64,000 bases of DNA from Octopus vulgaris. Its lineage: Eukaryota. How positions within the stretch are numbered: the stretch's first letter is position 1; the number at the start of each line of letters is the position of its first letter. Shown piece after piece: positions 57,328 through 64,000 of this stretch. The DNA is taken from assembly GCA_951406725.2 (NCBI GenBank), contig OX597825.1:88040001-88104000 (forward strand), read 5' to 3'. A program made the position numbers and the translations under genes. Under the pieces are notes generated by a model, which had not been told where the DNA came from, made no database searches, and worked only from the letters and a program-made list of their open reading frames with translations.

Positions 57328-58563
57328 CAGTGGCGAAGGGTGTCTAGGAAGATAGGGCATGCAGTCCATCCCCCCCACCACTACTGAGGTTGGGGTTGGT
57401 GATTTCCGAGTGTTTCCACCCTCACCCGTTTTCCGTGAAAAGTGTAGTATTATATGCTTTGAGATATGAGTAATCGGAAACTGAAAATGGTTTCCTGTCT
57501 ACGATGCACCTTTTTGAAGCAGTAAGAGACGAGAAACGCACATACAAACATTTCTAAAAGATATGCGGCAATCCCGCGATTAGTGCGCAACATTTTTTGA
57601 CTGTCCCTTAATATAAGCAGGGTTGCATTTGATTGGATCGTTTCAGTAAGGGTTCGTTTCTGTTTGTTCGTTTGTTTTCTTAGCCTTCTCTCTGTTCTTG
57701 TTGTTTGGGGATAGTATAGTCATATTACGTTTGTATTAGTTCTTCCGTCCCCAGAGATTAGTAGTTTAATTAGTGGAAATTAATGGAGGTCCCATGGCTA
57801 GAGAATTCAGAAAAATCCATCAGTGTTCGACCGTATCCCACCGAATGAAGTATTCAAACATGGCTGTTGCCGACAAATGTGCAACTATATAGTAATTATG
57901 AAGAATACTTTTAATAATGGTATATGAATATAAGTTCAGCAGCTGAAAGTTGGTTGTGCGGTGCAGAAACGAATGTTGTGTTCTACCATAAATACCTAAT
58001 ATCCACCATCATCCCGTTATATCATTCTGCTATATATGTATGTATATATATATATGTGTGTGTGTTAGGGATAATTGTAAAAATCTCCGACTGTTAAAAT
58101 TCATCTGTTGAATGAGGTAAATGCCAACAGAGGTGCATTGAAATTGTCTGTAAAATGATTAAGTAATTATCCAGAGACATACGTATTCATAATGTAATTC
58201 TCAAGTGAATATGACGGAACAACAGTCTGATTACATTACTTCTTTGAATTATACGTTTTCCATCCGTTGGTCTTCTGGTTACAATTTCCCAAATTTCACT
58301 CTTAATTCTTTAAAACAAGCATACAAAAATGACCCTTGTTTATAATTCCTTGCAAAGCAATCGAAACCGAGATAGGCTGATTACGATACCAAATTCACCA
58401 TTATGCATAATTGAAGAAGGGTTGTATCAGGCTGGGCATATTAGTTCACATTCGATCCCCGATGGTTAGCACCACCCAACCTAGTCATTATTTGTGTGGT
58501 TGACCAGTGGGGAATGTAAGAGCTGAGAACATGCGCGTGTGTATGTGTGTGTGCACGGGCGCA

Positions 58564-58648
<85 letters not shown>

Positions 58649-58663
58649 TCTTTAAATCTTTAA

Positions 58664-58881
58664 CTTGTTTCTGTCATTTGACTACGGTCATGCTGGAGCA
58701 CCGCCTTTAGTCGAGCAAATTGACCCCAGGAATTATTCTTTGTAAGCGTAGTACTTATTCTATCGGTAATTTTGCCGAACCGCTAAATTACGGGGATGTA
58801 AACACACCAGCATCGGTTAGCAAGCGATGTTGGGGGACAAACACAGACATACAAACACACATACACATATATATATATACA
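58664..58881 (-). mobile_element. SINE family A, 3' half (split by LINE copy 5)
   Basis: gtcatttgactacggtcatgctggagcaccgcctttagtcgagc...gacaaacacagac(CA/TA)n, then the LINE begins. Confidence 0.92.
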
Positions 58882-58945
58882 TAATATCTTTTTGTCTTCT
58901 CTCGAACATAGTTAGATAGATAAACAAATAGACAGATCATCCAGC

Positions 58946-59851
58946 ATGTCCAGAGCATGGAGACCTGACGAACTAGATTTATTCGTACGAGCCTGGAAGT
59001 GCGCCGACGGAGATAGCCCTAACGAGGTGACTGCGGCTGCGCTGAAGAGCAAAGGCTACAAGAGGACAGCGGCTCAGATGGAGCGAAAGAGACGGGAATT
59101 CGTGCGCTCATATGCGCTTATACGGTCGCACATTGGCGCACTTGATGCCATCTTTGAGAACGAGCGGGGCAAAGATGGCAAGAATGGAGACGATGAAAGA
59201 AGTCACCCCCACCTGGTGGACGCCCGGGAGGAGGTTTTGAATGAGAAACCTGCCCGGGAAGTGAACCCAGGTGAAAGTTCTCCAACCGGCAGCAAAGGCC
59301 ATGGAGACGGAGAACCCGGTGAAGGGGTAGAGGGAGGAGGAAAAACTAAAAGAAGGGCTGGAAGAGCTAAAGGAAAAGCTCAAGCAGGACCAAAGGGTGA
59401 AAAAACCAGGAATAGAAGTGGAACCGCAAAAGATGGAAACAAACAGCGCACACGGGTGTGTAGGTTCTACCTGAGAGGTTCCTGCTGGCATGGAAAGGAA
59501 GGTGCAGGCTGCCGCTTTGCACATCGGGGACCCTGCCACAGAGACACGAGGCAAATGGACAAACCATCAACACAAGGAAAAGGGATGGACCACGCACCAC
59601 TTGCCCCAAAGCGGAGGTACGCAGATGTTGTGCGTGCCACAAACCACCAACATGATGTTGTCGAAAGGGCAGCTGCTGAGCAACAATCTTTTTTGTGCAT
59701 GGCACAAAAGATTGTACAGCAGCTGACCTGGCTTCATCAAACCCAAGCCCGCAGGTGGGACTACCCACTATATACCAGACCACCACAGCAAACAGACCCA
59801 GGATGGACACCACCGGCAACAACGTACACCTCACCTCGATGCTCCTACTGA
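58946..59851 (+). CDS. LINE ORF1 protein (301 aa): Myb/SANT-like N-terminal domain, basic Gly/Lys linker, CCCH zinc finger
   Basis: WRPDELDLFVRAW...AAALKSKGYKRTAAQMERKRREFVRSY...LDAIF; [22 protein letters not shown] (C-x7-C-x8-C-x3-H). The frame is conserved in copies 1 and 4. Confidence 0.88.
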   Translation: MSRAWRPDELDLFVRAWKCADGDSPNEVTAAALKSKGYKRTAAQMERKRREFVRSYALIRSHIGALDAIFENERGKDGKNGDDERSHPHLVDAREEVLNEKPAREVNPGESSPTGSKGHGDGEPGEGVEGGGKTKRRAGRAKGKAQAGPKGEKTRNRSGTAKDGNKQRTRVCRFYLRGSCWHGKEGAGCRFAHRGPCHRDTRQMDKPSTQGKGMDHAPLAPKRRYADVVRATNHQHDVVERAAAEQQSFLCMAQKIVQQLTWLHQTQARRWDYPLYTRPPQQTDPGWTPPATTYTSPRCSY

Positions 59852-62794
59852 ACATCAGAGGACTGCAAACACTCAGTAACAGGACAAAAATCCCGTTCCT
59901 GAGAGATTTTGTTGCATGCAATCAAGCCTTATGCATAGCACTAACGGAAACGCACCTGAAACCGGATATAGCAGATGCGGAGTTACACATACCACAGTAT
60001 GCTGTACTACGGACCGACAGGAAAGAAAGGAGTCATGGAGGTGTTGCTATGTACATCCGTGAGGACCTCACACCCCAGGTCCTCTTGTCATACTCAAACT
60101 CGGTGTGTGACACACTAATTGTACATATTAGGCAACTTGATGTAGTTGTGTGTGCTACATATCGCCCTCCAGATGCCCCAAGCCATGTGGGCAAGTTTGA
60201 AGACTGCCTTATAAAAATAGAAGAAGTTCTAACCACGTTAGGACAACACATAAGTGTACTTCTTATGGGAGACTTCAATCTGCCCAATGTCAGATGACCC
60301 GAGGGCCTTTCTCTCCGAGAAATGACAAGATGTGAACGAGGACAGGCGAGGTCCCTCCTGAATCTCATCAACACCCTGTACATGGAGCAGGTAATACTCC
60401 AACCAACCAGGGCAGGTGACACACTGGATCTCTGCTTCACAAATGACATGGATCTCATCCATAATGTGAAAGTGACACCGACACTACTCTCGGATCACAA
60501 CATGGTAGAGCTGACAATGTACGGGCCAAAAGAGAGCACGGACATGCAGCCTACAAGAAACCCTCAGAATCTTTCCAGCTTGAACTACCATAAGGCAAAC
60601 TGGAAACAAATTGAGAAAGAGATCCTCAAACAAAACTGGACTAAATGTCTCTCCTCGCCAGACATCGACGTGAAACTTCAACAATTCATGTCTGTAATGC
60701 AAGTCATATGCTACAAATGTGTCCCAGAGAGAAAGGCCACTGTACACAAGAACAAAATCCCCAGAGAGAGGAAAATTTTAATGAGACGACGTACAAAATT
60801 TTCAAATCGCCTAAACAAACAGATTGAAAGCAGTGAAAAGTCCCGCCTAAAAATAAAACTGTTGGAAATCGAAGAATGTCTGCAACTCTCCCATGAAAAG
60901 GAAAGAGCAGACAAAGAAGCCTGGGCTATAGACAACATAAAATTTAACCCCAGAGCTTTCTACAGGTATGCCAAAGAAACAGCTACGGTGCACTGTAGAA
61001 TAGGGCCACTCCTCGAAAAGGATGGCACACTTACAGGAAAACCAATGAGGGTAAGTGAAATACTGAATGAGCAATTCAAGAGTGTTTTCACTCCACCCCT
61101 TGGGCATCTCCAAATCACCAATCCAACTGATTTTTTACCACTGCAGATATAAAATCAGAGGCGGCGACGATAGATTACATCGATATAAAGGAAGACGATG
61201 TAATCAAGGCTATAGATGAAATGAAAACAGACTCAGCTACTGGCCCCGATGGATTCCCGGCAATCCTCCTAAAAGCATGTAAGAGAGTCTTAGCAAGACC
61301 ACTGCAGTTCCTCTTTCAGAGCTTCCTTGCAGCTGGCAAACTTCCAAAAAAACTGAAGGAAGGTAAAATATGCCCCATTCATAAAGGAGGTAGCAGAGCG
61401 GAATCCAAGAACTATAGACCTCTCTCTCTGACCTCACACATCAGCAAGGTCATGGAACAAATAGTTAGAAGGAAGCTGATCACCTTCCTTGAAGAGAATG
61501 ACTTGCTGCCCGACACCCAACATGGTTTCCGACCAGGGAGAAGCTGTTTAACTCAGCTCCTACAACACTATGACTGGGTGCTGAAACGGCTGCTCAACCA
61601 CTCAAATGTGGAAGTGATATATCTCGACTTTGCAAAGGCCTTTGATAATTCGATCATGGAATGATATGTCACAAACTGCGTGATCTCAACATAGTTGGAA
61701 AACTGGGAGAATGGCTTCATGACTTTCTGAAAGATAGAAGTCAGGTGGTAGTGGCCAATGGGGCCACTTCCATTAACACGCAAATAGTGAGCGGTGTTCC
61801 GCAGGGCACTGTTCTGGGACCTCTGCTGTTCATAATGGCCCTCTCAGACATGCCCTCAGCCACGCAGAGAGCCACGATCACAAGTTATGCAGATGATACA
61901 AAAGTTTCACAGGCAATACAGAACCCTGAGGACACTAAACACCTGCAATGTGAGCTGGACGAAATATACAAGTGGGCTGAAAAGAATAGCATGCAGTTCA
62001 ATGCTGGAAAGTTTCAAGCTTTATACTATCAGCATGCAAAACTGAATGCAATACCCAATGAATACACTGGACCCGGAGGGATTGCAATCCCAGAGGCACA
62101 ATCAGTGCGTGACCTGGTTATTCACATGAGTGATGACGCGACCTTTCATGTACATGTTGCTAAATTGGCAATGAAATGTAGACGACTGGCCGGATGGATC
62201 CTCAGAACCTTTAGAACAAGAGAACAAGAAACCATGATGGTCCTCTGGAGGACACTTGTCCTAAGCCACTTTGACTACTGCTCTCAGTTATGGTCACCAT
62301 CCAGTGTCAAGTTGATCACAGAGCTCGAGGCGATCCAACGTAGCTACACGAAGATAGCCTCTATGCAGAATGTAAGCTACTGGGAAAGACTCAAGAGATT
62401 AAAATTATATTCCCTGGAGCGTAGGCGGGAAAGATATGCCATAATATACATCTGGAAGATCCTGGAGGGAAGTGTCCTGAACTTTGGCATCGAGAGTTAC
62501 GCAAATGCCAGAACTGGGCGCCACTGCGTGGTGCCTAGGACTCCAAACTTGCCATCAAGATGTAGGACAAGATTCTGTGATAGCCTGGGCTTCCGAGGCC
62601 CACAGCTCTTCAATGTCCTCCCGAAGAACCTGAGAGACCTGCATGGGGTGGATGCAGATGTCTTTAAAATGAAGCTGGATCTCTTCCTGGCAGGTGTCCC
62701 AGATGAACCAACTTCACGGCAGGAGGGGCAGATGAGGGCAGCTGCATCGAACTCTCTCATGCACCAAATGGCAGTTGCTAGAAAGCTTTCGTGA
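59695..62794 (+). pseudogene. LINE ORF2 (APE-RT), disrupted
   Basis: Same protein as 26277-29381, but with a TGG->TGA stop at 60295-60297 and frameshifts near 61135 and 61650. Confidence 0.93.
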
Positions 62795-62886
62795 AGTGAA
62801 ACCAAGTAGCAACACCAAATGGCGGTGCCCCAGCATGGCCACAGCTCATAAGCTGAAACTAGAATCAATCAATCAATCAATCAATC

Positions 62887-63026
62887 ATATATACGACGGA
62901 CTTCTTTCAGTTTCCTTTTACCAAATCCACTTACAAGGCTTTTGTCGGCCCGGGGCTATAGTAGAAGATGCCCGGAACCATGTGGTTGGTAAGCAAGCTA
63001 CTTACCACACAGCCACTCCTGCGCCT
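62887..63026 (-). mobile_element. SINE family A, 5' half with tRNA-like head
   Basis: atatatacgacggacttctttcagtttcc...ccatgtggttggtaagcaagctacttaccacacagccactcctgcgcct continues the SINE interrupted at 58881. Confidence 0.92.
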
Positions 63027-63354
63027 ATATACATATATATATATACGCATACACACACACCCTTATATGTGTGTGCATTTGTGTGTGTATACACATGTGT
63101 CAGTCAGCATTAGCCATTCTCTGCTTTTGTTATTTTCGTGAAAGACCCCGGTTTTCTGGTGATACAAAACCGAATCTCTTGTTTTACATCCGTTCTCTCC
63201 ACTTTTGCTCATTTCAGACAAAACAATAACGCCCCAGATTTTATATTCTAGGAAAATTGAATATTGTATTGTTCATGTTTTCCATTTAATATCGAAATGT
63301 AACTAAGTGCCAGCTCTACACTTTATTGGAATAAATACAGAACTCTAATTTGCA

Positions 63355-63401
<47 letters not shown>

Positions 63402-63662
63402 CAATTTAAGGGAAATTACTATTTATATGAAAGTGGTGCCTTATTGCATTGTAAAATTGCGTTTATGAATTCGGGCTACAAATCATTTTCCTCCGGAGTG
63501 TTGTTCTGAAGTTTTGTAAAATATATGTTTTAGGCTAATGGAATAAAACATAGATTCTACTAACAGACAATTTAAGCACTTATACATATATTTATTTGAT
63601 GATACATATACATGTCACGCGCATGTATGTAAGTATATATATATATATATATATATATATGA

Positions 63663-63701
<39 letters not shown>

Positions 63702-63824
63702 TGTATATATATGTAATTACATATACATAAATGTACGTATATATACACATACATACACACATATCTATCTATCTATCTATCTATGCATATATGTATGCAC
63801 ACTCACACACACACACACACACAC

Positions 63825-63872
<48 letters not shown>

Positions 63873-64000
63873 GTGGGAGAGTGAACTTACAGATTCTTCA
63901 AAAATATATCGTTTCAAATGATATACTGCAGTAGAAAATATTTTTCATTCACCAACGCTGTATGCATCGATAAGTGCAAACAGTTTCCCAGGATGTGGCC

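Larger units (their letters stand above)
58882..62886 (+). mobile_element. CR1-group LINE family 1, copy 5 (complete ORF1, disrupted ORF2, (AATC)n tail)
   Basis: Collinear with copies 4 and 1. Inserted in the internal TA tract of a SINE. Confidence 0.96.

Noticed and set aside
57328-58030. DNA transposon starting cagtggcg and interrupting a SINE
   Set aside because: No matching right-hand TIR or TSD found.
59108-59921. Antisense ORFs over LINE ORF1
   Set aside because: Expected shadows of GC-richer coding sequence; no motifs.

Overview
AT-rich, repeat-dominated eukaryotic DNA with no supportable host protein-coding gene. Almost all short ORFs in the track are microsatellite translations ([12 protein letters not shown]). 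The SINE families and the very high (TA)n/(CA)n density suggest an octopus/cephalopod genome (inference). Main content: five pieces of CR1-group APE-RT LINEs (four of family 1, one of a sister family), with one uninterrupted 1034-aa ORF2 and one complete 301-aa ORF1. Every visible LINE end abuts a (TA)n tract. Also present: several tRNA-derived SINE families, R4/Dong fragments in (TAA)n, RTE and L1/Tx1 fragments, a decayed mariner, many Penelope-like (PLE) remnants with minimal hammerhead ribozyme motifs, and a 100-N assembly gap. Best leads: (1) a seemingly (TA)n-targeted CR1-type LINE whose ORF1 combines a Myb/SANT-like (trihelix-type) domain with a CCCH zinc finger, and whose putative 5' leader holds a 1.3-kb tandem array; (2) a covarying 3' stem-loop shared by two LINE families and the commonest SINE; (3) a tRNA-Arg-headed SINE whose tail carries a PLE-type hammerhead and an inverted duplication, i.e. 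a candidate Penelope-mobilised ribozyme SINE. All alignments were made by eye, so boundaries are approximate.
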